DNA of 64,000 nucleotides from a virus (IMGVR_UViG_2799112443_000002:1254-65253), one strand, 5' to 3'; shown: positions 37,095-46,393, numbered from the stretch's first letter. Program-made: numbers and translations. Notes: generated by a model not told the origin, from the letters alone.

Positions 37095-37394
37095 ATGAAG
37101 ATCTACTGCGTAACGTTCGACGTCCAGTCCTTCGCTTTCCGGGAAACAAAGGATTATATCTTCCATTGTATGGCTAATACCGCGAAGGAAGCCAAGGACC
37201 TCTGTAAAGCAGAATGGCCAAAGCTGTTCAACGCTCCGAACGCAAAGGTACCGCATCAGTTCCACCTCTACGCCCGCGCTTCCAAGATCCAGGACGACGA
37301 GCTTCTCGGATGCAGGACCTGGTTCGGCGCTCCGATCCGTGAAAAAGACTGCTTCGGCTTCATCTGTACCGCAGCCAGACGGTGGCAGAAGTGA
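37095..37394 (+). CDS. Hypothetical protein
   Basis: AAGGAGG RBS after a repeat element. Confidence 0.65.
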   Translation: MKIYCVTFDVQSFAFRETKDYIFHCMANTAKEAKDLCKAEWPKLFNAPNAKVPHQFHLYARASKIQDDELLGCRTWFGAPIREKDCFGFICTAARRWQK

Positions 37395-37479
37395 CCGGTA
37401 ATCGCTGACATTGGCACTCGGGGCCTCCGCTGGAGACCCCGCCGCCAGCGCCAGCTGGAGAAAAAAGGAGGAAGAAGTT

Positions 37480-37794
37480 ATGGAAGGCATCAAGATCGAG
37501 ACCAAGACAAACGGTTATGAAGCCGAGGCGCTTCAGGAAATGATCGAAAGATTTAACAATGTCGCCGCAGACATGTTTCCAGGTTGCACAGTCTATCATT
37601 TCTACTATGGAAATCGCTGCGATATGGCGGATATTGAAATCGGCTCAGGAAACTACGCTCACTTCAATATCTACCCCAACCGAGTAAGCCTGTGCGGCTA
37701 CACCGGCGAAAACGAGGACGTTAGAAAGTGGGAGCATATGACCCACAACGATGAACTGTACGACGGGAAACTGATTGAGCTTGCTGGTTTCTGA
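37480..37794 (+). CDS. Hypothetical protein
   Basis: AAGGAGG RBS before ATG 37480. Confidence 0.65.
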   Translation: MEGIKIETKTNGYEAEALQEMIERFNNVAADMFPGCTVYHFYYGNRCDMADIEIGSGNYAHFNIYPNRVSLCGYTGENEDVRKWEHMTHNDELYDGKLIELAGF

Positions 37795-37866
37795 CATTGG
37801 CACATGGGAGCCGGGCCCCGGCTCTCATAGCCAGCGCCAGACGCTGGGGAAAAAGGAGGAGATTAA

Positions 37867-38085
37867 ATGAGGTACAACAACAAGTTCTTCAGCACCGAGG
37901 CGGAGGCTAAAGCTTTCCGTAAAGAGCATGGCGGCGTCCTGCTCCACTGTACGCCTCGAAGCCACTCAAGCACCAAGATGGAGTTCCACGCTGAGATGAT
38001 GGTAGCTATGGACGCAAGAGGAGAACAGGTAGATCCAGAAAAGACTCCATATTGCGTAGCCTGGAACGAAGGAACACCAGACTGA
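37867..38085 (+). CDS. Hypothetical protein
   Basis: AAGGAGG RBS after a repeat element. Confidence 0.65.
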   Translation: MRYNNKFFSTEAEAKAFRKEHGGVLLHCTPRSHSSTKMEFHAEMMVAMDARGEQVDPEKTPYCVAWNEGTPD

Positions 38086-38152
38086 TCCCGGCACCCGGGA
38101 GCCGCTCCGGCGGCTCTCGTAGCCGGCACCAGACCGGAGAAGGAGGATCATC

Positions 38153-38344
38153 ATGAAACGCTACTTCCGCGATTTCTACGGATGCACAGCAAGCATCCGC
38201 ACCCACCGCAACGGGCAGTCCGACCTGGTCATTCGCACCGGACAGGGCGGGCTGGTCCTCCGCCGGACCTACAACTCCGAGCGCGGTGCCCGCATTGCCC
38301 TGGGTCAGTACAGCGACCGCTGGACCGAAACGACGAGGAGGTGA
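38153..38344 (+). CDS. Hypothetical basic protein
   Basis: AAGGAGG RBS after a repeat element. Confidence 0.65.
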   Translation: MKRYFRDFYGCTASIRTHRNGQSDLVIRTGQGGLVLRRTYNSERGARIALGQYSDRWTETTRR

Positions 38345-38348
38345 AAAG

Positions 38349-38678
38349 ATGGACCCGTTCGAAGATGTCCGGCGCGAGTACGTCAACCGCTACCGTGAAA
38401 CCCATGGCATTCTCCTGGCAAACGACTACGACTCGTTCGTAAATAAGATGTTGGACGCCATCCAGATCACGATGAACGAATCCGACGTCGGCCAAGAGAT
38501 CATCGATGAAGCACTCGGTGTTGCGCTCGCTCGGAATCTCACTCCGGAACAATGGAGCCTGCAGAAAGCAAACCTCATGATTGTTTTGTTCTGCATGGCG
38601 CTGGATGCCTGCCCGTTCCTGAAACACGAGATGGCGCATCACCTGTACAACGAGCTCAGAAAGGAGGCGAACGATTGA
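38349..38678 (+). CDS. Hypothetical helical protein
   Basis: GAGGAGG RBS before ATG 38349. Confidence 0.65.
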   Translation: MDPFEDVRREYVNRYRETHGILLANDYDSFVNKMLDAIQITMNESDVGQEIIDEALGVALARNLTPEQWSLQKANLMIVLFCMALDACPFLKHEMAHHLYNELRKEAND

Positions 38679-38704
38679 CCGGATCCGCTCCAGGAGATTA
38701 TAAT
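38675..38704 (+). promoter_or_regulatory. Putative sigmaA promoter
   Basis: TTGACC - 18 bp - TATAAT. Confidence 0.55.
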
Positions 38705-38737
38705 AAGTCTCCACCCATCGCACGAGGAGGACGCACA

Positions 38738-39109
38738 ATGCCAAAGAGCAGCACCCTGGCGCAGCGCAAGTACGACGCTGCAAACTGTAAGTTCTATCAC
38801 CTGAAGTTTAACCTACGCACCGACGCGGACGTCATTGCAAAGCTCGAATCCGTCCGTTCAAAACAAGACTACATCCGGAAACTTATCCGGAAAGATAATG
38901 AGGAGGAAGCAACTATGGAAAAGACGCTGTATACTGCCATCATCGAGAACGACGAAGGTATCCACCTGATCCGGAAGGCCATTGCTGATCCGACCGCTGA
39001 GTACGAAGACTTCGAATACGCCATGCAGAACAAGGCGGAGGAGCTCGGCGGCGAACTGTACTGCATCTACGATCAGGCCGACATCGTCGAGGACATCACC
39101 CTGGATTAA
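38738..39109 (+). CDS. Ribbon-helix-helix-like protein running in frame into a second acidic protein (internal RBS and ATG at 38915)
   Basis: AQRKYD...HLKFNLRTDADVIAKLESVRSKQDYIRKLIR; GAGGAGG before both 38738 and 38915. Confidence 0.6.
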   Translation: MPKSSTLAQRKYDAANCKFYHLKFNLRTDADVIAKLESVRSKQDYIRKLIRKDNEEEATMEKTLYTAIIENDEGIHLIRKAIADPTAEYEDFEYAMQNKAEELGGELYCIYDQADIVEDITLD

Positions 39110-39123
39110 TGGATCGTTCACTA

Positions 39124-39158
39124 CCCGCTCCGGCTTCGGCCGGACGGGCTTTTTTTTT
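39124..39158 (+). terminator. Intrinsic terminator ending the + strand island
   Basis: GC-rich stem, C(UUCG)G loop, long T run. Confidence 0.85.
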
Positions 39159-39631
39159 GCCCATTTTTATATGCAATTCCGGTCAGACCACGCATGCATA
39201 TATGCACCCAATCCACCCAGGAAAATGAATATCTTCAATCTTTTATGCGCATTAATATTCAAAATGGATTATATAGTACCTCTCCTATTGAGGTACACAA
39301 TATATAGTGTTTCAACTATTCGCTAAACATACGTTTTACGAATAGTTGTGCAGCATGGCCATAATCCGCTCCGCATTTTCGTGCAGGATCTGCATTGTTT
39401 CATCCGGTTAAGCAGAATCCTATGCTTCGTCTGCTTTTCCGGAATGAGTAGCCCATACACAGCTCCTTCCCTTTCGGACCAGCTGCCTTCCAAAACAAAT
39501 TCATCACACAAGAGAGCAACCTGTCACGTCGTTAAGGTAATATATATATAATATTCGTACATAATATATATTATATAGATTATAGATATATATAAAACAA
39601 GCGTAGAACTATATCTACGCCTGCATGTATG

Positions 39632-40225
39632 TCATTCGTCGTCATCTTCTACCGGTATAGCGTCCACGAGTCGTTTACGTGCATCCTCCGCATCCAGGTC
39701 CTGCATCGGATTGGTAGGTGTGATAACGTGTTCCACCTGATCCACGTATCCGAAGTTATTCTTCCCCAGGAAGATCCCGTTAGGCGGAGATACCTTACCA
39801 TTTTGCATGTAATACTCCCACATTTCTTCCAGCAAAACGTACGCTTTTTTTATCGTGTCTGTTAGTGCCGCATTAGGCACTGCCCTTTTATCGCCACTCT
39901 TCCACTCCCACAACGTCCGTCTATCCACGCCCAGAGCGTTAGCGAGACCGACGACACCGGGTTTCATGTCGTTGTCGAAGCAGCGCTGGAAATACCACTG
40001 GATACGTTCTTGTACGGCAGGGATATTGTTGTAATCAAGCTTAGGCATTTTAAATGATTCGAGAGCGAACGCGATGCCACGTGCGTTATCGCCTGGTTCG
40101 CATAGGTCTGCGCCGAAGTTAGCGAGATCAGGGCGGTTACGTTTTTTCTTTTGAGTTGAGATAATTTGTTCGTTAGAGATAGGTTGTTTATTCATTGTTA
40201 GACTCCTTTCTGTCGAGAAGGCCAA
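39632..40225 (-). CDS. terS: Terminase small subunit (HTH, gp3-like)
   Basis: GVVGLANALGVDRRTLWEWK HTH...IKKAY...GIFLGKNNFGYVD pattern. Confidence 0.8.
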   Translation of the reverse strand: MAFSTERSLTMNKQPISNEQIISTQKKKRNRPDLANFGADLCEPGDNARGIAFALESFKMPKLDYNNIPAVQERIQWYFQRCFDNDMKPGVVGLANALGVDRRTLWEWKSGDKRAVPNAALTDTIKKAYVLLEEMWEYYMQNGKVSPPNGIFLGKNNFGYVDQVEHVITPTNPMQDLDAEDARKRLVDAIPVEDDDE

Positions 40226-40550
40226 GTTCTTCTATTGCGGTACGGTTAGCGCGTTTAATGATCATCCAGATTATTTTAGGGTTAATGTTATGAGTAGCTG
40301 CATAGTTAGAGACGTATGTGCGGTCGTCGCCCCAAGGTGAAGTAAAGTACATGCGGAGGATATCCTGGTCGTGAGGAGAGAACTTAGATGAGAAGATATT
40401 GTGGCATGTGGTATAGAATTTACGATCAGGGGGAGAGAGTGTGTTAATGTCTGCGTTATCGAGGAGGAGAGTGAAGTATGTACGCCACATGTGGGTAGCG
40501 ATACCGCGCCACCAATCAGGTTGTTTTTGTTTGTCGATCAATCGGATCAC
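40188..40550 (-). CDS. Hypothetical protein, possibly late transcription regulator
   Basis: C-terminal HTH-like segment and position upstream of terS (inference). Confidence 0.45.
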   Translation of the reverse strand: MIRLIDKQKQPDWWRGIATHMWRTYFTLLLDNADINTLSPPDRKFYTTCHNIFSSKFSPHDQDILRMYFTSPWGDDRTYVSNYAATHNINPKIIWMIIKRANRTAIEELGLLDRKESNNE

Positions 40551-40731
40551 CTCCAGAGTTATAATCTAATTCTGACATAATAGCGACGCGTTCATCGAGT
40601 TCTTCGAGGCGGTCAGCGGATTCGATGAGAGTTTTAATACGGTCGCGAGTGAGTACGCCGCCAGCGTCAGCCATGAGGCGAACGCGGTGGATAAGTTTGT
40701 CAGTGGGTGTACGTTGGCCAAGACCTTTCAT
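40516..40731 (-). CDS. Hypothetical protein
   Basis: GAGGTG RBS; coupled to the next gene. Confidence 0.55.
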   Translation of the reverse strand: MKGLGQRTPTDKLIHRVRLMADAGGVLTRDRIKTLIESADRLEELDERVAIMSELDYNSGGDPIDRQTKTT

Positions 40732-40757
40732 TGTGTATCACCTCAATTCTGTGTTTC

Positions 40758-41050
40758 GTGTACGGTGCGTGTACGGAAAAAACGTGATTTTCAATTTTCC
40801 GTACATGTCTACGAGCGTTGATTTATAAGGGTTTCAGGCATGTCGTGTACGGAATGTACGGAATGTACGGAAAGTTTTTTCTCTTACGCGCGCGAGCACG
40901 CGTACTTTTTCTACATTTTTGAAAAAAATATACTCCATATATATAGTGTGTGTCTAAACACCGTACATTCCGTACAAGGACCCTCTAAGCCTTATGGCAT
41001 AAGGGTTTGACCGTGTACGGTCGGAAAAGTGCCACCGTACATTCCGTACA
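40758..41050. repeat. Iteron-like TGTACGG repeats (11 copies, both orientations); candidate replication origin
   Basis: Copies at 40759, 40770, 40799, 40846, 40855, 40864, 40961, 40970, 41014, 41035, 41044 around an AT-rich core; directly downstream of the helicase gene. Confidence 0.7.
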
Positions 41051-41056
41051 TCTGGA

Positions 41057-42949
41057 TTAGAAAGGCATGTCATCACCTGGATCCACCTCCACGTATTCTT
41101 TATATTTTTCCTGCTCAGATTTTTCATCTTCGGGAAGCTTAATTGCGTAATGTGGGATGCCTTTAACGCGGCGAGTAAGGCGGTTATTTTTGTTTCCGTG
41201 GCCGTATGATTCAGGCATGAGAATGTCTTTACGTTTAGCCCAGTCAATGAAGGCTCCGGGGGAATAGCCGTTGTTCTTGAGGATGTTTTCGAATGACGTA
41301 CGGTTGATGAACAGGCAGTCAAAGCCGTCCACGCGGTCATACTTACCCCAGATTTCGCCGTTTGCCTGGTCCTCGCTGTCAAAGCGGCGTGGGTTAGCGG
41401 CGCAGAAACCGATGAGCCACTGATAGCAGCGGAGGTTGATATCTGTCTCTGCCCTGCTTACGAGGTAGCCTTTAATGTCATCAACGGATAGAGCGCGTTT
41501 GTCCTTAAAGATTCCTTTTGTAGCGAGAGCATCTGCCGCGAGGAGAATTGAAGCTGAGAGCACCTGTTTATCCTGGACATCTTCCTGCATCAGTTCAGCA
41601 TAGAACTTTTTCTGTAAGGCTTTAAGGGCATCGATCACGCCATCTTTGTGAAGCATTTTTATGAACTCATTGCCGGCAAATCCGTAGTGTTCCTTTAGGA
41701 GGTTAGCTGTTCCCCTGGCATCTGAGAAGAGCGGTATTCCGCCGAAGTTTACCTCAACGATACGGGCCACAGCGCCACCGCCGGAGTTGCCCTGGGTAAT
41801 AGGCATTTCTCCTGTTGTGATGATGCAAGAGGACCAGCGTTTCTGGACCTGTAGCCCGCCTTCCTTTGCTCCGCGACCTTTACTAACGCCTTCGCAAAGC
41901 ATATAGACGATATCGTCGAATGTCTTGCGGTCGGAGATCACCTGGAGCTCGTCGAATAAGATTGGCAGGTTGCAGCAGAAAGCGGCGTACAACTCCATGC
42001 TGACCTTTGTGCCGGAGAAAGTCTTGATGTACCGGCCGACGTCCGGATTGCCCCATACAGACGCTGCCAGCATCAACGCGACAGTCTTTCCGCATCCGGT
42101 TTCACCCCAGAAGTGAACGAAGAAAGGCAAGCCTCCGAGAATCTGTACGAGCGGTGCTGCAAAGGAAGCAGCCAGGGCGATCCGAGCGGGAACGGAGTCT
42201 GCTGCGCGGATGGACTTAGCACAGTCAAGCCAGGTTTGTCTGTCTCCGGTAGGCTTGAATTCATCGTACATGCGAAGGAACTCAGGGCTATCGCCGTCGT
42301 AGGATACATCCTTCACATATGGCATAAACTGTCCATCTGCGAGCCAGCCCATGTGTGATACGGAATCCTGCCTGGGGAGACTGTCGTAGTTTAGTGACTC
42401 TAAACTTCCCATGTATCGGACAACTTCTTTTGCGTTCTCAGAGTTAACTGCGATTCCCTGACGAGAGAGCCCGATGATTTTCTGAGCGGAAGCCAGCTGT
42501 TCCCGTGAGACTGTAAGAAATTTCCATGGATCTTGGCCTCTGCAGTAAGCAATTTCAAGCTTTTCCTCGAACGTTTCGATATTAGTTACACGGCGAACTG
42601 GCATCAGTGGATGTGATATAACCTCAACATCTGCGCCCATTTCATTCATCCTGGTAACGCCGTATTCATCAGCAATGTATGTTCCGCAATCAAGCTGGGA
42701 TGGTTGCTTTGGGAACATGGTTTGGTTATTGCCGAGGATGGTTGCTTTCGGGGATTTGCTTTCAACATAAGCGTTCCAAGTTTTTATAAACCCAGTGAAT
42801 TTAAGTTCCTTAGCTACGGCCTGCATTTTTGAAAGCAGGATCTGGAGCATAAACTTATTATCCTTTTGTGAATACAGCCATTCATATGGTCGTTCAGAAA
42901 GAAAGTCATCGTACGTCCAGTTAGGGATTAATTGTTTTGCTTCTGACAC
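41057..42949 (-). CDS. DUF927-domain superfamily-3 helicase/primase-associated protein
   Basis: HFWGETGCGKT Walker A, ILFDELQ Walker B, IITTGE motif C. Confidence 0.85.
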   Translation of the reverse strand: MSEAKQLIPNWTYDDFLSERPYEWLYSQKDNKFMLQILLSKMQAVAKELKFTGFIKTWNAYVESKSPKATILGNNQTMFPKQPSQLDCGTYIADEYGVTRMNEMGADVEVISHPLMPVRRVTNIETFEEKLEIAYCRGQDPWKFLTVSREQLASAQKIIGLSRQGIAVNSENAKEVVRYMGSLESLNYDSLPRQDSVSHMGWLADGQFMPYVKDVSYDGDSPEFLRMYDEFKPTGDRQTWLDCAKSIRAADSVPARIALAASFAAPLVQILGGLPFFVHFWGETGCGKTVALMLAASVWGNPDVGRYIKTFSGTKVSMELYAAFCCNLPILFDELQVISDRKTFDDIVYMLCEGVSKGRGAKEGGLQVQKRWSSCIITTGEMPITQGNSGGGAVARIVEVNFGGIPLFSDARGTANLLKEHYGFAGNEFIKMLHKDGVIDALKALQKKFYAELMQEDVQDKQVLSASILLAADALATKGIFKDKRALSVDDIKGYLVSRAETDINLRCYQWLIGFCAANPRRFDSEDQANGEIWGKYDRVDGFDCLFINRTSFENILKNNGYSPGAFIDWAKRKDILMPESYGHGNKNNRLTRRVKGIPHYAIKLPEDEKSEQEKYKEYVEVDPGDDMPF

Positions 42950-43117
42950 ATGAACTCACCTCCTTTTTCAAAATTGAAAAACCGCCTTCTGATTTTCCTC
43001 ATGAGCGGTAGCGTTGGTTTTGATCATTGTCTTCCCCCTTACTAAAGGTCTAATAGTTATTGATGTAAGTTTATCACGAAACGTTGTTTAATTCAATAAA
43101 TGAAAAACGGCAATAGG

Positions 43118-43453
43118 TTATGTGTTGTGAAAATTATCTGATTTGCTGCAGCCCCACCAGCAGTAATTATTATCATAGGTTTTGATACTGTGTAGGATGC
43201 ATGTATTCCATGTTTCACCTGGATTTTTAACGTAGAATTGGCAGTCATTGCAGATCACTATCGGCTGCATTTTTAGCTGGAATTCTTTTCTCTGTGTCTC
43301 GATCAGTTCAAGCGCATCCTTAGCAAGATTCTGAGCACAAAACTTTCCCATGTATGGGCAGTCTTCACAGTGAACATTTTTGATATTGGAGCATATTTCA
43401 AGGCCTTTCATTGTTTTTTCTGTATCCATTGTGTTGCTCCTTTCATCGATCAT
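43118..43453 (-). CDS. Hypothetical Cys-rich protein
   Basis: CxxCPY and CxDCxF motifs. Confidence 0.6.
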   Translation of the reverse strand: MIDERSNTMDTEKTMKGLEICSNIKNVHCEDCPYMGKFCAQNLAKDALELIETQRKEFQLKMQPIVICNDCQFYVKNPGETWNTCILHSIKTYDNNYCWWGCSKSDNFHNT

Positions 43454-43679
43454 CTATAATCATCAAACTCTTCCCGAGTGCCTGGCATATCTTCTGAAGG
43501 TTCCGAAGCTTTGGAGGTCTTGCATTGCTCAGATAGTTTGCCAGCGTACTATCCGACACGCCGGATTCGAAGGACAGATCATAAATATTCCAATCCAATT
43601 TATGCATTTCATTTTTCATCCACGTGCCAAACTGAAACGATTCATCTGTGATATCAATCTGTTTGCTCATTATCATCAT
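43443..43679 (-). CDS. XRE-family HTH protein
   Basis: LSFESGVSDSTLANYL...PKLRNLQKIC. Confidence 0.75.
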   Translation of the reverse strand: MMIMSKQIDITDESFQFGTWMKNEMHKLDWNIYDLSFESGVSDSTLANYLSNARPPKLRNLQKICQALGKSLMIIDDR

Positions 43680-44160
43680 CTCCAGTTATATTTGGATTAA
43701 ATCCGCAATGGTCGCACCATGGTTCCAGCTCTCCATTGTCATTTACAATGTAATCATCTCCAAGCCCACGGCATTCATAACACCTGTCATACTCATCCCA
43801 ATACTTTTGATCTTCCAGATATTCTTCATAAGCTGCGCAGTATTCTTTTGCGGAACAGCCATTGCATTCATCCGGATCGAAACTATCTTCGTCACATCTG
43901 AAGCCGGCATCACGTACCATTGCAAGTCGATCCTCAGCGTTGTACCAATCCATCTCAGTCTGCCCACGATAGTACTTGTCAAGCTCAGGAACACGCCGGA
44001 CATGTATGTCTTTAAACTCCAGGTCTTCACCAATTAACTCAGATCTCATGACAATGTATCGTGCTTTGCTGGCTGTTTCTGCGAACACAATCGTTGAACA
44101 CATGTCAATGTCCTGCCTGCAGCAATACGCCTTCATTTCAGTTTCACCCACCTTGTCCAA
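43654..44160 (-). CDS. Hypothetical protein with Cys clusters
   Basis: ORF track; translational coupling. Confidence 0.6.
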   Translation of the reverse strand: MDKVGETEMKAYCCRQDIDMCSTIVFAETASKARYIVMRSELIGEDLEFKDIHVRRVPELDKYYRGQTEMDWYNAEDRLAMVRDAGFRCDEDSFDPDECNGCSAKEYCAAYEEYLEDQKYWDEYDRCYECRGLGDDYIVNDNGELEPWCDHCGFNPNITGDDDNEQTD

Positions 44161-44275
44161 CCACAGCAGTCAATTGGTCTGTTGTCGATCCGAACAAAAA
44201 TGTGCCGGCCGATTTTGTCTGTGTAAACAAGATATCTCATTTAAGTTTCACCGCCATCGAATTCTTTTTACAAAT

Positions 44276-44482
44276 TTACATCGTAACTATATTTCCAAGA
44301 GTTTCCTTTGCAAACCGCCTGATGTCTTCTACCATTTCAATCGGCAATCTCACCGCAGCATAATGTTTGTGACAATCATTGGTATACGGGCATGTTTCAC
44401 AACTCATCATTGATTCTGTTACAGTTTCAGGCAGACAATGAGCCAGGCCATCAATGATCTTTCTTGCTCTTACTATTTCCAT
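44276..44482 (-). CDS. Hypothetical protein
   Basis: ORF track; CxxCPY motif. Confidence 0.5.
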   Translation of the reverse strand: MEIVRARKIIDGLAHCLPETVTESMMSCETCPYTNDCHKHYAAVRLPIEMVEDIRRFAKETLGNIVTM

Positions 44483-44690
44483 TATCTTCTCCTTTCGAAA
44501 AGAACGATTTTAAATCGCCATCATAGCGTGCCTCCTTGCAAGCATTTTTTTCTTTTTCTTCAATTGCGTTTACGTACTCTTCAAATTCATTAACTGTCAA
44601 AGTCCTTTTCCCAAGTTCTACAATCCTGTTGTTCAGTTTGAGTATGGCCTCTGAAATTTGTTCAAACGCTTTCTGATAAGGATCTTTCAT
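44451..44690 (-). CDS. Hypothetical coiled-coil protein
   Basis: ORF track. Confidence 0.5.
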   Translation of the reverse strand: MKDPYQKAFEQISEAILKLNNRIVELGKRTLTVNEFEEYVNAIEEKEKNACKEARYDGDLKSFFSKGEDNGNSKSKKDH

Positions 44691-44715
44691 TTTTTATAAC
44701 ACCCCAATTCATAAA

Positions 44716-45120
44716 TTACTGCTGTTCAAAATGTTCGCAGGTTTCATGCCTATGCATCAGGCAACTTTTAATCAAACTGCACGTACCATATGGAGAATCC
44801 TTCTTGTTTTCTGGTGTCCAGTTTTTACAGTTTAGGCAATACGCATTTGATATGCCAAATGAATCCAGAACTTCTTTTCTGATTTCAGCTAGGTATTTTT
44901 CAATGCGTTCATCTCTGCTGTGCTTACCGAACCACTTCTTCTTGAACGCATCTCGTGCTTCGACCCAGGCACCTTCACCTGTATCAGATGACAGGAACCA
45001 TTCCCGATCATGGAACAGATTTGCCAGATCCTTTACGAGTTCGTCCAGTTCCCTATCACCAAAGTCTCCAACGTGACTATCAAGATCACTGTAAAAATAC
45101 TGCAAACTTCCTCCACTCAT
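44716..45120 (-). CDS. Hypothetical protein
   Basis: MSGGSLQYFY N-terminus; C-terminal Cys cluster. Confidence 0.65.
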   Translation of the reverse strand: MSGGSLQYFYSDLDSHVGDFGDRELDELVKDLANLFHDREWFLSSDTGEGAWVEARDAFKKKWFGKHSRDERIEKYLAEIRKEVLDSFGISNAYCLNCKNWTPENKKDSPYGTCSLIKSCLMHRHETCEHFEQQ

Positions 45121-45151
45121 CTTTCACGATACGCTCCTTTTACAAAATTGC

Positions 45152-46091
45152 TTACTTGTCCCTTGTCGGGATATAATCCTCAAATCGAGGACAAGATTTG
45201 AATACTATCTTGTTATTGCACCATCGTTGCAAATCTTTGATTTCAATCGGAGCATCCGGCTTGTTGTAAATCATCACATAAGGGTCATACCCAAGATCCC
45301 GAAGCGTATAGATTCTGTACAAGTTTTCTTCCATCGTGCTGTTATAGTTCGTAAGGCAGTACACCATTCCGATATTGCTCTTCCGTCTGAAACCTTGTGC
45401 AAAATTCCGAAACCGTCCTTCCAGATCGTCCTTTGGGTTGTCCCATGCAAAATGCAATGTTCTCAATCTCATATGGTTGATATCGTCAATGTCTGCATCA
45501 TTAAGGCATCTGATATCTAACCCTTGAGTAAAATCAAGCAATGCCCCTGTTTCCCGATACTGTGCCATCAAATCACGCTTTTCTCTGCAAGCTGTGATAT
45601 TTGGGTCAAGGATTCGGATCTCTTTCTGTCCGTTCCAGAAATCCTTCACATCCGCAACCTTCACGGCACATCTGCCTTCCTTTGCAGCTACATCTCTAAT
45701 GGCAAAAACTACAGCCACGGGGACATCCTCGACTCGTCATACTGACCGCAAAATCGAATTGCGGATAGATACTGTAATCGGGAAACATCCTTTCAATCTC
45801 TGGAGGAAGGCTTTTGTTTTTGCTCTGGTCAAACACCTCCTTCCCGTCTTCACCCAAACTGATGCAGTATCCGGTTCCACCCTTAATCACTTTGTCAGCG
45901 TTCATCGGCTCCGGCACATCTGGAGAATAAGCATCAGAAAAGATTTTGCTCATATAGACGATGTCATAATGAACCAGATCCGACCACCACCATTCCACCA
46001 AGTCACCCTGTGCCTTGTGCCATGCTGATATCCGCATCAGAGCAAGATTTGGGAAATTGTGACCGTCTACATCAATCAATCCGATATCCAT
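45152..46091 (-). pseudogene. Radical SAM protein interrupted by a 7-bp insertion right after the CxxxCxxC motif
   Basis: SRGCPRGCSFCH is followed by TAGAGAT (45698-45692); removing it gives FCHVAAKEGR in one frame to 45152. Confidence 0.8.
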
Positions 46092-46161
46092 TTATTTCGC
46101 AATACTCCTTTTTATTCAAAGTTGTATTTAAGTCACTTGCACAAACTTGCACTCGTGCAAG

Positions 46162-46347
46162 TTATGTCCATTGAACGTTGCTCCCGTGCGAGTAAGGTAT
46201 CCGTCTACATTTCTTCTGTTCTTCTGACATAGTAGATACAAGTCCTATTGCCATGTCATAATATTCCGTTTCTTCTTTTGACATTTCTGTTCGTTCTGCT
46301 ATATTGCAAAGAGTTTCTATAATCTTTGCTATTGTTTGATTGTCCAT
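46162..46347 (-). CDS. Hypothetical protein
   Basis: ORF track; GAGG RBS. Confidence 0.45.
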   Translation of the reverse strand: MDNQTIAKIIETLCNIAERTEMSKEETEYYDMAIGLVSTMSEEQKKCRRIPYSHGSNVQWT

Positions 46348-46393
46348 ATTATTCCCTCACTTGAATCGTCATTTACTTCGCAATACTCCCCTT

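Larger units (their letters stand above)
34735..38155 (+). repeat. Dispersed structured intergenic element, 9 copies, each directly upstream of an SD/start (8) or a promoter (1)
   Basis: Copies start near 34735, 35104, 35372, 35779, 36687, 37021, 37405, 37791, 38082; conserved two-hairpin architecture with compensatory changes. Confidence 0.85.

Noticed and set aside
34735-38155. True integron attC cassettes or hammerhead ribozymes
   Set aside because: No RYYYAAC/GTTRRRY cores and no IntI-type integrase; CTGA is present but the CUGAnGA/GAAA hammerhead core is not.
42950-43117. Short ORF MIKTNATAHEENQKAVFQF and weak hairpin upstream of the helicase gene
   Set aside because: Too short and no distinctive signal to support a leader-peptide call.
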